Shown here: positions 8,530 to 20,033 of the stretch, piece by piece
Numbering within the stretch: the stretch's first letter is position 1
Layout of the letters: each line of letters begins with the position of its first letter
Assembly: GCA_963805625.1 (NCBI GenBank)
Contig: CAWDVE010000010.1
Location: 576,001-640,000 of the forward strand
Direction of reading: 5' to 3'
DNA: 64,000 nt
Origin: an uncultured Candidatus Rokubacteria bacterium
GTDB lineage: Bacteria; Methylomirabilota; Methylomirabilia; Rokubacteriales; DASRDR01
Position numbers and translations under genes: made by a program
Notes under the pieces: generated by a model
Database searches by the model: none
What the model saw: the letters and a program-made list of their open reading frames with translations, nothing else
Told to the model about the DNA's origin: nothing

Positions 8530-10203
8530 TCAGGCGCCGCTGGTCCGTAGCGCCTGCCGCTCCGGACAGGTGGCGACGGTGAGTCGGATCGTACCGCCGG
8601 ACCCGACCCAGGTGATCTCGTGCGGCCCCGGGGGGAGAGCGAGCCACCCGGGCCGAGCCGGAGTCCCGTCGACCGACACCTCGATCCCGGGGCCGAAGGC
8701 CAGAAGATAGGGACCCGCCGCAAGGAGATTGACCACCGAACGCCCCCCGCCCTCGCCGGCCGCGATCTCCGCCCCGGCGACGAGGAGTCCCTCCGGACCC
8801 GGCACGTAATGCTGCCGAAGCAGATCCGCCACCGGCCCGATCATCCCGCGGATCCGAAAGTCGACGTGGGCCACCGGCGCCCGCGCCGCTCGCATGTCGT
8901 CGGCGATCGCTTCCTCCGGGATGACACCCCGGGCCACCCACTCCCGGACGCCGCGGATCAGCGCCCCATGGCGATACGCCGCGGGGCGGAACACGTATAG
9001 GGCCGTCCCGTCGAGAACCGCGTCCCCCGAGCACGCAAGCCGCAGCTCGCGGCGCATGAGCCGGAGGTCAGCCGCGTTCTGATTTCGAAGCGCGGAGATG
9101 ACGGTCTCTCCGGCAGGCACGACTACCGCCCATGCCGTCGCCGCGAGGGCAAGCCCCCTTCGCCAGCGTGTCGGATCCTGACGTGCCCACTCCGCCAGGG
9201 TGGCGAGGGTTAGCCCCGCATAGATGGCGGCCACCGGAAGGAGCGGCAGCCAGGCGTGCTGGTACACGGCGGGAGTCCGAGGTAGGAACAGGGCCAAGAC
9301 GCTGGTGAAGGTTGGCAGGAGCAGCACCCCGTGCACACGGTGTCCCAGGATGGCGAGGCCTCGCACGCGAAGGACGAGCGCGAGCCCGAGGGCCGCGGCC
9401 AGGAACACCCCCACCTCGCTGCCGAAGACCGGCCACGTCTTTCCGAAATCGACGAATCGCAGCGAGTCGAGCACCACGTCGCGGTAGAGACCCCGGATCG
9501 TCGCCACGCCCGTGAAGGCGGCAAGCCCGGCGATGAGGGCGCCCATCACCAGCGCCACGCCGCCCAGGAGCCTCGCGAGCGATCCCGCGCGGCTCGTTCG
9601 CGGGACCCCGTCAGGCTGCGGTCGGCCGGCGACGACCGCGCCTACCCCGGCGAGGGCAAAGACCGCCTTGATCGACAGGGCCAGGGCCACCCCCTGCCAG
9701 GCCCCGGCTATCCAGAGCCAGCCCGTTCGCCCGTTCTCGCGCCAGCGCACGAGCACCAGGAGGCTGGCCAGATGCGCCACGAGTGCGGGCACGTCGGGGC
9801 GGGTCTCCGTCGACGTCTCGGCGAACTGGGGAAGGAATAGGAGGACCACCGCCGCCCAGACGGCGCCATCGGCCGAGAGGCGCCGGGCGAGCCGCCAGGT
9901 CAGGACGACCGCCGACGCGGCCAGGAGGGCCATTGTCGACCGGGCCGCGAAGTATACCTCTGGCCGGTCCGTGAGCCACGCCGTGAGGGGCGCCATGGCG
10001 TAATGGAAGAACGGGAGGTGGTGCTCCCAGAAGTCACGGTATGGCACCTGACCCTCTGTGATGAGCCAGGCCACGTGGAGATGCTGGCTTTCGTCCGGGT
10101 CGATGCGCCGGTTGAGGACGACTCCGATTCGCAGGACCACGGCGAGCGCGACGAGCGCGGCAAGAACTCCCGGCGCGAGCCGACGCATGCCGAGGCGCAT
10201 CAT
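8530..10203 (-). CDS. Integral membrane glycosyltransferase (ArnT/PMT, GT-C-like)
   Basis: DPDESQHLH acidic loop, PYRDFWEHHLP, ETRPD, many TM helices; start uncertain. Confidence 0.7.
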   Translation of the reverse strand: MMRLGMRRLAPGVLAALVALAVVLRIGVVLNRRIDPDESQHLHVAWLITEGQVPYRDFWEHHLPFFHYAMAPLTAWLTDRPEVYFAARSTMALLAASAVVLTWRLARRLSADGAVWAAVVLLFLPQFAETSTETRPDVPALVAHLASLLVLVRWRENGRTGWLWIAGAWQGVALALSIKAVFALAGVGAVVAGRPQPDGVPRTSRAGSLARLLGGVALVMGALIAGLAAFTGVATIRGLYRDVVLDSLRFVDFGKTWPVFGSEVGVFLAAALGLALVLRVRGLAILGHRVHGVLLLPTFTSVLALFLPRTPAVYQHAWLPLLPVAAIYAGLTLATLAEWARQDPTRWRRGLALAATAWAVVVPAGETVISALRNQNAADLRLMRRELRLACSGDAVLDGTALYVFRPAAYRHGALIRGVREWVARGVIPEEAIADDMRAARAPVAHVDFRIRGMIGPVADLLRQHYVPGPEGLLVAGAEIAAGEGGGRSVVNLLAAGPYLLAFGPGIEVSVDGTPARPGWLALPPGPHEITWVGSGGTIRLTVATCPERQALRTSGA

Positions 10204-10238
10204 ACCGCGGTCCAGGCATCCTCCGTCGGGCCCCGGGT

Positions 10239-10268
10239 TTGACCCCTCCCCAGCGCCCTGGCTATACT
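10239..10268 (+). promoter_or_regulatory. sigma70-type promoter
   Basis: TTGACC-18nt-TATACT. Confidence 0.6.
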
Positions 10269-10295
10269 CCCGGTCGCTGGGGCCGACGGCAGGCC

Positions 10296-10811
10296 ATGCG
10301 GCCCGGACATACCATGAGTGGCGAGCACGCCTCCGACGACGCGCCGGCCAACTCCCCCTAGGGCTCTTCTGGGTGGGCGAGTCCGCCAAGGCGGCGCTCG
10401 ACCGGTCGGGCCGCCCCTGCCTCACCTGCTCGCGGTTCCCGGGCGAGGCCGTTCCCGTCTACTACGGGCCGTGGCTCCGCGACACCGAGGCCCTTCCGGA
10501 GGAAGAGTCGCTCAAGGCACGCGTGCTGTCGGCGCGCGGCACCGGGGTGGCCGGGCCACCTATGATCACCGTGGCGCCCGGCTGGAGTACCAGCCCGCCG
10601 ACCCTCTCAGCCCGGTGTTCTACCTGCGCCGAGCCCGCGCGAAGGCGGTCCACGCCTGGCGGCTGTTCCCTCACGACAGGAGGCGGTGCAGTACGCGACG
10701 GAGATGTTGAAGTCGACGAGGACGCAGGACGCCGCCCGCTGGGCGGAGACTTTCCCCCGCCCAGACTTCGACGACCTGGTGCGGCGGTTCGGCCTCAGCC
10801 CGGGGGCCTGA
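10296..10811 (+). pseudogene. Frameshifted hypothetical protein
   Basis: Protein-like segments in three frames: RTYHEWR...LGLFWVGE...VYYGPWLRD...; TYDHRGARLEYQPADPLSPVFYLRR...HAWRLF; QEAVQYATEML...ARWAETFPRPDFDDLVRRFGLSPGA*. Confidence 0.55.
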
Positions 10812-10938
10812 CCGCGCTCCCGCCTTTCCTATGCGTCTTGCAGCCAGGCCGTCGGCCGGGACGCTGCCCTGGATACCGCCCAGTTCTCCCGGCGGCTGAG
10901 TCGACGATCCGGGGACGTGCGCGCCTAGACCGCGCGCC

Positions 10939-11736
10939 TCAGGGCCGTTTGCCGGCGCCCCGGCTGCCGGGAAACAGGTTCCACGGGTACCGCACCCGCA
11001 GGAGATAGAGACCATGCGGGGGTGCGGTCGGCCCGGCGGCGCGACGGTCCCGCCCGGTCAGCACCTCGGCGACCCACCCCGGCGGGCGCCGGCCGAGCCC
11101 CACCTCGACCAGGCTTCCCACGACGTTCCGGACCATGTGGTGGAGGAAAGCGTCGGCGGATACGAAGACGCCGATCTGGCCGCGGCGCGCGACGACGCGC
11201 ACGGCCCGCACCGTGCACACCGGATCGCGCTCGCGCCCCGGTGCCGCGCAGAATGCGGAGAAGTCGTGTGTCCCGCGAAGCGGCGTCGCGGCGTAGGCCA
11301 TCGCGTCCGTATCGAGCGCGCGCCCCACGTGCCACGCGAACCCGCGGAGGAACGGTGACGGCACCCGGTCCGTGGACAGCAGATACCCGTATCGCTTGAG
11401 CCGGGCGGTGCGGCGGGCGTCGAACCCATCGGATACGGCCCGAGCAGCCAGCACCCGGATGTCCCGTGGGAGACGCGCATTGAGCGCGGCCATGACGACG
11501 GCCGGCGCCAGCGGCTCCCGGGTCGAGACGCTCGCTACCTGGCCGAACGCGTGGACCCCGGCATCGGTCCGGCTCGCCCCGACTACCCGGACCTCACCCT
11601 GGACCAGCGGGCGCAGCGCCTCGAGAACGTGCCCCTGGAGTGTCGGCGCCCCGGGCTGGACCTGCCAGCCGTGGTAGGCGCCGCCGTCGTAGGCGAGCAG
11701 GAGCGCCAGCCGCGCGGAGGGCGCCTCGGAATCGAT
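10939..11736 (-). CDS. truA: tRNA pseudouridine(38-40) synthase; no canonical start codon in frame
   Basis: Frame extends upstream of the listed ORF: LALLLAYDGGAYHGWQVQ, ASRTDAGVHAFGQV, then GTHDFSAF, FLHHMVRNVVG, AGPTAPPHGLYL. Confidence 0.92.
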   Translation of the reverse strand: MDSEAPSARLALLLAYDGGAYHGWQVQPGAPTLQGHVLEALRPLVQGEVRVVGASRTDAGVHAFGQVASVSTREPLAPAVVMAALNARLPRDIRVLAARAVSDGFDARRTARLKRYGYLLSTDRVPSPFLRGFAWHVGRALDTDAMAYAATPLRGTHDFSAFCAAPGRERDPVCTVRAVRVVARRGQIGVFVSADAFLHHMVRNVVGSLVEVGLGRRPPGWVAEVLTGRDRRAAGPTAPPHGLYLLRVRYPWNLFPGSRGAGKRP

Positions 11737-11741
11737 CGGAC

Positions 11742-12758
11742 CTACCGGCCGGGCGCCGCTCCGCCGATCAGCTCGGCGATCTGCACGGCGTTGGTCGCCG
11801 CCCCCTTGCGGAGCTGATCACCCACGACCCAGAAGTTGAGCCCTCGCTCGTGGGAGAGGTCTTCCCGGATCCGTCCGACGACGCAGTCGTCCTGCCCCTC
11901 CACCGTCAGTGGCATGGGATAACGCGCATGGTCAGGGTCGTCCACGACCCGGAGACCGGGGAAGCGTCCGAAGAGCTCCCGAGCGCGCTCGACCGTGACC
12001 TTCTCCTCGGTCTCAACCGTGACGGCGACGGAGTGCGCCGTGAACACGGGTACGCGGACGGTCGTCGGGGAGATGAGCATGGCCGGGGCCTCGAGGATCT
12101 TCCGGACCTCGTTCACGAGCTTCCACTCCTCGCCCGTGTACCCGCCCGCGCCGAACCTGTCGATGTGCGGGATCACGTTGAAGGCGATCTGGTGCGGGAA
12201 GAAGCTCGGGGTGATCGCCTCGCCGCGCGCCCACGCGAGGGTCTGCTGCCGGAGCTCCTCGACGCCCCGCACCCCGGCGCCCGAAACCGCCTGGTAGCTG
12301 GTCGCCACCACCCGGGTCACGCGCGCGACCCGGTGGAGCGGCGCCAGCGCCATGACCGTGACCACGGTCGTGCAGTTCGGGCTCGCCACGATACCCTGGT
12401 GCCCGCGGATGGCGTGGGGGTTGATCTCGGGCACGATCAACGGGACTGCCGGATCCATCCGGAACGCGTTCGATTTGTCCACCACCACGGCCCCCGCACG
12501 GACGGCCAGGGGGGCGTGCTCCTTCGACTGGGCGGTTCCGGCGGAGAAGAAGGCGATCTCGATGTCCCGGAACGCCTCTGGCGTGACCTTCTCGACCCGG
12601 ATCGACTCCCCCGCGAAGGTGACCGCCTTGCCCACGGAGCGCTCCGACGCGAACGCCCGGAGCTCGCGGACCGGGAATTTCCGCTCCTCCAGGATCCGGA
12701 GCGTCATCTCCCCTGCCGCGCCCGTTGCTCCCACGACCGCCACTCGATGCCCTGCCAT
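11742..12758 (-). CDS. asd: Aspartate-semialdehyde dehydrogenase
   Basis: GATGAAG, SPNCTT, SYQAVSGAG, DQLRKGAATNAVQIAE. Confidence 0.97.
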   Translation of the reverse strand: MAGHRVAVVGATGAAGEMTLRILEERKFPVRELRAFASERSVGKAVTFAGESIRVEKVTPEAFRDIEIAFFSAGTAQSKEHAPLAVRAGAVVVDKSNAFRMDPAVPLIVPEINPHAIRGHQGIVASPNCTTVVTVMALAPLHRVARVTRVVATSYQAVSGAGVRGVEELRQQTLAWARGEAITPSFFPHQIAFNVIPHIDRFGAGGYTGEEWKLVNEVRKILEAPAMLISPTTVRVPVFTAHSVAVTVETEEKVTVERARELFGRFPGLRVVDDPDHARYPMPLTVEGQDDCVVGRIREDLSHERGLNFWVVGDQLRKGAATNAVQIAELIGGAAPGR

Positions 12759-12817
12759 CGCGCCCTCCGGTCACGCCCCGCTCATGAACCGCGGGCCGGA
12801 CCCGTCGCCCTCCGCCC

Positions 12818-13918
12818 TCAGCGGTAGACTGCTTCCAGCTCCCGGATCACCCGATCGGCCATCGCCGTCGTCCCCACCAGGGTGGTCCCGGGTGTGTGAA
12901 TGTCCTTCGTCCGACACCCGGCAGCCAGGGTCCGTTCGACCGCCTGCTCCACACGCTCGGCGTCGGCCGGGCGATCCAGTGAGTATCGGAGCAGCATGCC
13001 GGCCGACAGGATGGCTGCCAGCGGGTTGGCGATACCTCGGCCCGCGATGTCCGGCGCCGTCCCGTGGATCGGCTCGTAGAGCCCTACTGGCCGGTCGCCC
13101 CGTTTCTCGCCGAGGCTCGCCGACGGGAGCATGCCCATCGACCCGGCGATGATCGCCGCCTCGTCCGAGAGGATGTCGCCGAACGTATTCTCGGTCACGA
13201 TCGTGTCGAACCGTCGGGGCTCGGCCACGAGCGCCATGGCGCAGTTGTCCACGAGGAGGTGGTCGAGCTGGACGTCCGGATAGCGGCGGCCCACGTCCGT
13301 GACGACCTCGCGCCAGAGCTGTGACACGACGAGGACGTTCGACTTGTCCACGGAGGTTAACCGGCGCCGCCGCCCTCGCGCGACGCGGAAGGCGAGGTCC
13401 GCGATCCGCTCGATCTCCCGCACCGTGTACACCATGGTGTTGAATCCGCGCCGAGCGTTCCCGCTGCCCTCGATGCCGCGTGGCTCGCCGAAGTAGAGAC
13501 CTCCCGTGAGTTCGCGGATGACCAGGAGGTCCGCTCCCTCCACGACCGACCGCTTGAGCGGCGAGCTGTCGACGAGCATGGGATAGAGCCGCGCCGGACG
13601 GAGGTTCGCGTAGAGATCGAGCTCCTTGCGAATGAGGAGGATGCCCCGCTCCGGGCGCTGCTCCGGCCGGAGGTGGTCCCAGCGTGGACCGCCCACCGCC
13701 CCGAACAGGATTGCGTCCGCGTCCCGGCAGATCCCCAGGGTCGCCGCCGGCAGCGGGGTGCCCTGCGCGTCGATGGCGGCGCCGCCGATCAGGCCCTCCT
13801 CGAACTCGAGTCCGAGGCCGCTCTCCTTGGCCACGACACCGAGGGCCCGCATCGCCTCGGCGGTAACCTCGGCACCGATGCCATCGCCCGGCAGGACCGC
13901 AATCCGGTAAGTTCCCAT
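12818..13918 (-). CDS. leuB: 3-isopropylmalate dehydrogenase
   Basis: LPGDGIG, IRELTGGLYFG, VDKSNVL, FGDILSDEA, EPIHGTAPDIAG. Confidence 0.97.
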   Translation of the reverse strand: MGTYRIAVLPGDGIGAEVTAEAMRALGVVAKESGLGLEFEEGLIGGAAIDAQGTPLPAATLGICRDADAILFGAVGGPRWDHLRPEQRPERGILLIRKELDLYANLRPARLYPMLVDSSPLKRSVVEGADLLVIRELTGGLYFGEPRGIEGSGNARRGFNTMVYTVREIERIADLAFRVARGRRRRLTSVDKSNVLVVSQLWREVVTDVGRRYPDVQLDHLLVDNCAMALVAEPRRFDTIVTENTFGDILSDEAAIIAGSMGMLPSASLGEKRGDRPVGLYEPIHGTAPDIAGRGIANPLAAILSAGMLLRYSLDRPADAERVEQAVERTLAAGCRTKDIHTPGTTLVGTTAMADRVIRELEAVYR

Positions 13919-13971
13919 CTACGGCCTCTCCTCGCCGGCTCGCCGCGCGACGGCGCGAGGCCCGAGCCCGG

Positions 13972-14781
13972 TCATCCCTCGCCCGGTCCGGAACCCCGGG
14001 CGGCCTCTCGCAGCACTATGGGCGGGGCGGGCTCACGCTGCCGGAGCAGGAGCCACCGCACGGGGCCCGACACCGCGTATGCGCAGAACAGAATGAAGAC
14101 GGAGGTATCCGGGTGCGCGAACACGATGAGGATCCCCAGTGCGGCCACCAGCAGCACCCCGAACGGGTGCCGCTTGGCGAAGTTCAGATCCTTGAATGAA
14201 TAGTACCGGATGTTCGAGATCATCAGGAAGGCGACCACATACGTGGCGCATGCGAGCGCGAACAACCCCGCGCGGCCGAAGTCCGGCTCGTCGAAGAACA
14301 GGATGGTCGACGCCACCACCCCGGCGGCGCCGGGGATCGGAAGGCCGATGAAGTACCGCCGATCGGTGATGCCGGTCAGGACGTTGAACCGTGCCAGGCG
14401 GAGGGCTCCGCAGATCACGTAGAGAAAGGCCGCGCCCGCGCCCACGCGCCCGAGCGGCTGGAGCGCCCACGAGTAGAGCAGGAGGCCGGGCGCGACTCCG
14501 AACGATACGACGTCGGCGAGCGAGTCGAACTCCACGCCGAACTGGGTGGTGGTTCGCGTCAGCCGCGCCACCTTCCCGTCGAGCATGTCGAGCACCATGC
14601 CGATGAAGAGCGCCAGTGCCGCCCACTGGTGCCGTCCGTCGAAGGTCAGCACGATCGCGTAGAACCCGCAGAGGAGATTCCCCGTCGTGAGTAGCCCGGG
14701 CAGGAGGAAGATCGTCTGCCGCCGCCGCTCGCGAAGCTCGGACCAGCGCCGCCGCCGAAGGGCTGACGGCCGGCGCCTCAC
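13972..14781 (-). CDS. pssA: CDP-diacylglycerol--serine O-phosphatidyltransferase
   Basis: DMLDGKVARLT...FGVEFDSLADVVSFGVAP, ALRLARFN; GTG overlaps psd stop. Confidence 0.93.
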   Translation of the reverse strand: MRRRPSALRRRRWSELRERRRQTIFLLPGLLTTGNLLCGFYAIVLTFDGRHQWAALALFIGMVLDMLDGKVARLTRTTTQFGVEFDSLADVVSFGVAPGLLLYSWALQPLGRVGAGAAFLYVICGALRLARFNVLTGITDRRYFIGLPIPGAAGVVASTILFFDEPDFGRAGLFALACATYVVAFLMISNIRYYSFKDLNFAKRHPFGVLLVAALGILIVFAHPDTSVFILFCAYAVSGPVRWLLLRQREPAPPIVLREAARGSGPGEG

Positions 14782-15416
14782 GGGAGCACCCCCATCACGG
14801 TCTCGCCCCCGCGCACGCGATCGCCCGCCTTGACCCGAAGCCGCACCGACGCCGGCACGATCAGATCCGTGCGCGAGCCGAACTTGATCAGGCCAAAGCG
14901 CTCCCCCGAGGCGAGCTTGTCGCCGGGGCGGACCCGGCACACGATCCGGCGCGCGAGCACTCCGGCGATCTGCCGGACGACGACGCGCACGGCCTCACCC
15001 TGAATCGCGATGATCGTGCGTTCGTTCTGCTCCGAGGCCTCGGGACGGTACGCCGCCAGCTTGGCCCCGGGACGATACTCCACGCCGACCACCAGCCCGG
15101 CGAGGGGCGAGCGGTTCACGTGGACGTCGAGCGGCGACAGGAAGATGGACACCGCCTGCGCGGCGCCCACGAACGGGTCGTCCACGGCCGTACGCACGTC
15201 CACCACCCGGCCATCCGCCGGGGCCAGGATCGCTCCCGGGGTCGCGGGCGCAACGCGGTCGGGGTCACGGAAGAAGAGGGTCATGAAGGCGGCGATCACG
15301 CCGAACAGGAGAGCCGCCTTCGTCCATCCGGTCCAAGCCAAGAGGGCCGCGAGCGCGAGCGGGACGAGGATGAACCCCCAGCCCTCCGCGGCGATCGGCA
15401 GCATCCGGTCCGACAT
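14778..15416 (-). CDS. psd: Phosphatidylserine decarboxylase proenzyme
   Basis: FFRDPDR, APADG, IFLSPLDVHVNRSP, GLIKFGSRTD. Confidence 0.95.
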   Translation of the reverse strand: MSDRMLPIAAEGWGFILVPLALAALLAWTGWTKAALLFGVIAAFMTLFFRDPDRVAPATPGAILAPADGRVVDVRTAVDDPFVGAAQAVSIFLSPLDVHVNRSPLAGLVVGVEYRPGAKLAAYRPEASEQNERTIIAIQGEAVRVVVRQIAGVLARRIVCRVRPGDKLASGERFGLIKFGSRTDLIVPASVRLRVKAGDRVRGGETVMGVLP

Positions 15417-15428
15417 CCGCGGCGGCCG

Positions 15429-16436
<1,008 letters not shown>

Positions 16437-16468
16437 CCGTATGGTCTCCTCGGACGTACCCCGTCCGG

Positions 16469-17077
16469 CTAGTCGGCGAACCCGGTCACCCGCGGGTCCT
16501 GGCTGCTCTCGGTGTCGCGACGGCGCCGCTGGGCGTCGGCGGACTTGCCGAGCGGCTCCTCCGGTCGGCGACGCGCCGTCTTGGAGCCCCGCGCGATGGC
16601 CACCTTTCCCGTCCGAACCAGCTCCTGAATGCCCATGGGCCTCAGGAGCTCCACGATCGCGTTCAGCTTGGACTCTTCCCCCGTAGCTTCGAGGGTGAAC
16701 GTGCTGGGTGTCACATCCACGACCTTCGCGCGGAAGATGTCGGCCACGCGGAGGATCTCCGCCCGGTGCTGAGGCTCGGCGTTCACGCGCACCAGCACCA
16801 GCTCGCGCTCGACGTGGTTCTCCTGGGTCAGGTCGGTCACCTTGATGACGTCGATCAGCTTGTGGAGCTGCTTGATCACCTGCTCGAGGACGAACTCGTC
16901 GCCCCGCACGACCAGCGTCATGCGGGAGACCGTGGGGTCGAGCGTCTCGCCGACCGAGAGGGACTCGATGTTGTACCCCCGCGCGCTGAAGAGCCCGGCC
17001 ACTCGCGAGAGGACGCCGAACTTGTTCTCGACGAGGACCGCGATGGTGTGCTTCCGGACGCCGTGACCGTTCTGCAC
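16469..17077 (-). CDS. ilvN: Acetolactate synthase small (regulatory) subunit
   Basis: [31 protein letters not shown]; GTG 17077 with AGGAGG RBS. Confidence 0.96.
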   Translation of the reverse strand: MQNGHGVRKHTIAVLVENKFGVLSRVAGLFSARGYNIESLSVGETLDPTVSRMTLVVRGDEFVLEQVIKQLHKLIDVIKVTDLTQENHVERELVLVRVNAEPQHRAEILRVADIFRAKVVDVTPSTFTLEATGEESKLNAIVELLRPMGIQELVRTGKVAIARGSKTARRRPEEPLGKSADAQRRRRDTESSQDPRVTGFAD

Positions 17078-17085
17078 GGCGCCTC

Positions 17086-18843
17086 CTAGAAGCCCGTCTG
17101 GGACTTGGCGGCCTTGGCCTTCACGTCCTTGCTCGGGCGCTCGAGCAGCATGTCCTTGTTCGCCCCGCCCGCCGGCACCATCGGGAAGCAGAACTCGTCC
17201 TTGTCGACCATCACGTCCACCAGGACCGGCCCGGGAATCGCGAACGCCTTCTCGAGCGCCGGCACCACCTCGTTCGGCTTCGACGCGCGGATGCCCACCG
17301 CCCCGTACGCCTCGGCGAGCTTCACGAAGTCGGGGCTGGCCGACAGGTCGATGGAGTGGAAGCGGCCGCCGTAGATGATGTCCTGCCACTGACGGACCAT
17401 CCCGTGCCCGCCGTTGTTGATCACCACCATCTTGATCGGCAGCTGGTTCTCCACGATCGTCGCCAGCTCCTGGGAACTCATCACGAAGCTCCCGTCGCCG
17501 TCGACGAGGACGACCAGGCGGTCCGGCCGGCCGACCTGGGCGCCGATGGCCGCCGGGAGGCCGTAGCCCATGGTGCCGAGCCCGCCCGAGGTCAGCCAGT
17601 GCCGCGGGTGGCGAAAACGATAGTGCTGGGCGGCCCACATCTGGTGCTGCCCCACGCCGGTCACGATGACCGCCTCACCCTTCGTGAGGTTCGAGACCTC
17701 CTCCACCACGTACTGGGGCTTGATCAGCTCGTCGTCCCAGTCGTACCGGAACGGGTGCTTCTGCTGCCACTGGGCGAGCTGGCGGAGCCACTGCTCCCGC
17801 GCCTCCCGCACCAGCGAGGCCGCTTGGCCTGCGCCCTCCTGGCGCACCGCCTCGATCAGCTGCGCCAGGACGCGCCGCGCATCGCCCACGATGGGGACGT
17901 GCACCTTGATGTTCTTCGAGATCGAGGACGGATCAACGTCGATGTGGATGATCTCCGCTTGCGGTGCGAACTGGTCCACCTTCCCCGTGACGCGATCGTC
18001 GAACCGGGCGCCCACCGCGATGAGGCAGTCGGAGTTGTAGACCGCCATGTTGGGGGCGTAGCCCCCGTGCATGCCGAGCATGCCCAGCGACAGGGCATGG
18101 TCCGAGGGGAAGGCGCCCAGGCCCATGAGGGTCGTCGTCACCGGAATGCGCGTCAGCTCGGCAAGCGCCAGGAGCTCCTTCGATGCGTCCGCCCCGATGA
18201 CCCCGCCACCCACGTACAGGACCGCGCGGCGGGCGCGCATCAGGGCCTTCGCCGCCTTCTTCACCTGGCCGGGATGCCCCTCGTACGTCGGGTTGTACGA
18301 CCGGAGGTGGACGTTCTCCGGATACTCGAAATCGGCCTGCTTCATGAGGACGTCCTTCGGCAGGTCGATGTGCACTGGACCCGGACGTCCGGTCGCCGCG
18401 ATGTGGAAAGCCTCGCGGATCACCGGCGTGATGTCCCTGGTGTCCTTCACGAGATAGTTGTGCTTTGTGCAGGGCCGGGTGATTCCGACGTTGTCCGCCT
18501 CCTGGAACGCGTCGTTCCCGATGAGATGCGTCGGCACCTGTCCTGTTAGCGCGACGATCGGCATCGAGTCCATGTACGCGTCCTGGAGCGCCGTGACGAG
18601 GTTCGTGGCAGCGGGGCCCGAGGTGACCAGGCACACCCCGACCTTCCCAGTCACCCGCGCGTACCCCTCGGCCGCGTGGCCGGCGGCCGCTTCCTGGCGG
18701 ACGAGGACGTGGCGCAGCGGTCCCGGGAAGTCGTAGAGCGCGTCGTAGAGGGGCAGGACGGCACCACCAGGCAACCCGAAGACCACGTCCACGCCCTCAC
18801 GCTTGAGCGACTCCAACACGATGCGCGCCCCTGACATCTTCAT
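17086..18843 (-). CDS. ilvB: Acetolactate synthase large subunit
   Basis: [45 protein letters not shown]. Confidence 0.98.
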   Translation of the reverse strand: MKMSGARIVLESLKREGVDVVFGLPGGAVLPLYDALYDFPGPLRHVLVRQEAAAGHAAEGYARVTGKVGVCLVTSGPAATNLVTALQDAYMDSMPIVALTGQVPTHLIGNDAFQEADNVGITRPCTKHNYLVKDTRDITPVIREAFHIAATGRPGPVHIDLPKDVLMKQADFEYPENVHLRSYNPTYEGHPGQVKKAAKALMRARRAVLYVGGGVIGADASKELLALAELTRIPVTTTLMGLGAFPSDHALSLGMLGMHGGYAPNMAVYNSDCLIAVGARFDDRVTGKVDQFAPQAEIIHIDVDPSSISKNIKVHVPIVGDARRVLAQLIEAVRQEGAGQAASLVREAREQWLRQLAQWQQKHPFRYDWDDELIKPQYVVEEVSNLTKGEAVIVTGVGQHQMWAAQHYRFRHPRHWLTSGGLGTMGYGLPAAIGAQVGRPDRLVVLVDGDGSFVMSSQELATIVENQLPIKMVVINNGGHGMVRQWQDIIYGGRFHSIDLSASPDFVKLAEAYGAVGIRASKPNEVVPALEKAFAIPGPVLVDVMVDKDEFCFPMVPAGGANKDMLLERPSKDVKAKAAKSQTGF

Positions 18844-18853
18844 CGCCGGTCTC

Positions 18854-19093
18854 CTACTCCCCTGATACCCGGGTGATCAACTGCGTGCGTACCTGGCCAT
18901 CACAGCAGCGCTGCCGTCGCCAGGATCTCGCCTTCGGCGAGGAGCGGAAACTCGCCGTCTGCCCGAGGACGACGTAGCCGCTCAGGGGGTGCGCGTTCAG
19001 CCGGGGGAGGTTGGACGCCAGCCCATCGTGGGCCACGGCCCTGCCCCGGAAGGGAGTCAGCACGGGCGGATACACGCCCTGGAGTACTGTCAT
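18854..19093 (-). pseudogene. 5' remnant of a DapA/NAL-family aldolase
   Basis: MTVLQGVYPPVLTPF...LASNLPRLNAHPLSGYVVLG then frameshift to DGEFPLL (GxxGE motif); remaining ~230 codons absent. Confidence 0.8.
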
Positions 19094-19188
19094 CCCGCCC
19101 CCGCTAGGTCGCCCGCGAACGACCGGGCCGTGCTCACCCTCCCCATCCCTTCACCGCCACCATCGTCGATCAGACGCAGAGTCTTGAT

Positions 19189-19218
19189 AGGATAGCACCT
19201 AAACCCTGATCGGGTCAA
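19189..19218 (-). promoter_or_regulatory. sigma70-type promoter upstream of dapA remnant/ilv operon
   Basis: TTGACC-18nt-TATCCT with TGn extension. Confidence 0.55.
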
Positions 19219-19255
19219 CTGAAACGGGCCCGCTGAGGGCCCGGCGTCCCGGCGC

Positions 19256-20017
19256 TCAGCGTGATGGTTTGCGCGAGGCACGCTCCGGACGGTCGTCGAC
19301 GCGCCCCACGACGAGGCGTTCGACTCCCACCAGATGGGCCAGCATGGCCTTCTCGGCCCTCCGGGCGTCCTGGGCGATCACGGCCGCCAGGATGTGCCGG
19401 TGGTCGCCATGGGAGCGGACGGGCCGACCTGGCTGCGACAGGGATTCCTCGCGGCTCTGGGCCAACAGGTCCATCAAGGTGGTGACGATCCGTGTGATGG
19501 CGCGGTTGTGGGTCGAGTGCACGAGCGCCGTGTGGAACGCCGCGTCCTGGGCGAGGCCCGTCCGCCCGGCCGCCACCTCGGCGCTCTGCTCGTCGAGGAT
19601 CCGCGCCATGTCCGCCACCTCCTCCTGACTGGCCCGACGGGCGGCGAGCGCGGCGATGGGCGGCTCCAGGAGGCGGCGGGCCTCGTAGAGGTCCGCGATC
19701 GTCTCGCGCTGCGCCAGGATCACCAGCGCGAGCGGCTCGACCAGGGCCTCGACGGAGATCTCCCGGACGAAGGCACCCTCCCCGGGGCGGATCCCGATCA
19801 GGCCCCGGCTCTCGAGGGCCCGCATCGCTTCCCGGACGGACGTCCGGCTCACCCGGAACCGCTCCGCGAGGTCCCGTTCCGGAGGGAGCCGGTCCCCGGA
19901 CTTCAGGTGCCCGTCCGCGATCAGCAGCCGGATCTGCCGGACGATCTCCTCGTAGATCCGGGTGCTCCGCACCGGCTCCAGGCTCGGCCACTCGACGTCG
20001 GAGCGGCGGCGTGCCAC
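19256..20017 (-). CDS. FadR/GntR-family transcriptional regulator (LldR/GlcC/PdhR-like)
   Basis: GDRLPPERDLAERFRVSRTSVREA wHTH plus FCD domain (DAAFH, HRHIL); GTG 20017 with GGAGG RBS. Confidence 0.93.
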   Translation of the reverse strand: MARRRSDVEWPSLEPVRSTRIYEEIVRQIRLLIADGHLKSGDRLPPERDLAERFRVSRTSVREAMRALESRGLIGIRPGEGAFVREISVEALVEPLALVILAQRETIADLYEARRLLEPPIAALAARRASQEEVADMARILDEQSAEVAAGRTGLAQDAAFHTALVHSTHNRAITRIVTTLMDLLAQSREESLSQPGRPVRSHGDHRHILAAVIAQDARRAEKAMLAHLVGVERLVVGRVDDRPERASRKPSR

Positions 20018-20033
20018 TCGGTTCCTCCGCGCC

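Noticed and set aside
10368-10371. In-frame TAG after ATG 10314 as a pyrrolysine codon
   Set aside because: That frame is not protein-like beyond the stop; no pyl genes in the window
12772-12786. Mini-ORF MSGA* between leuB and asd
   Set aside because: Four codons, no regulatory codons or attenuator structure
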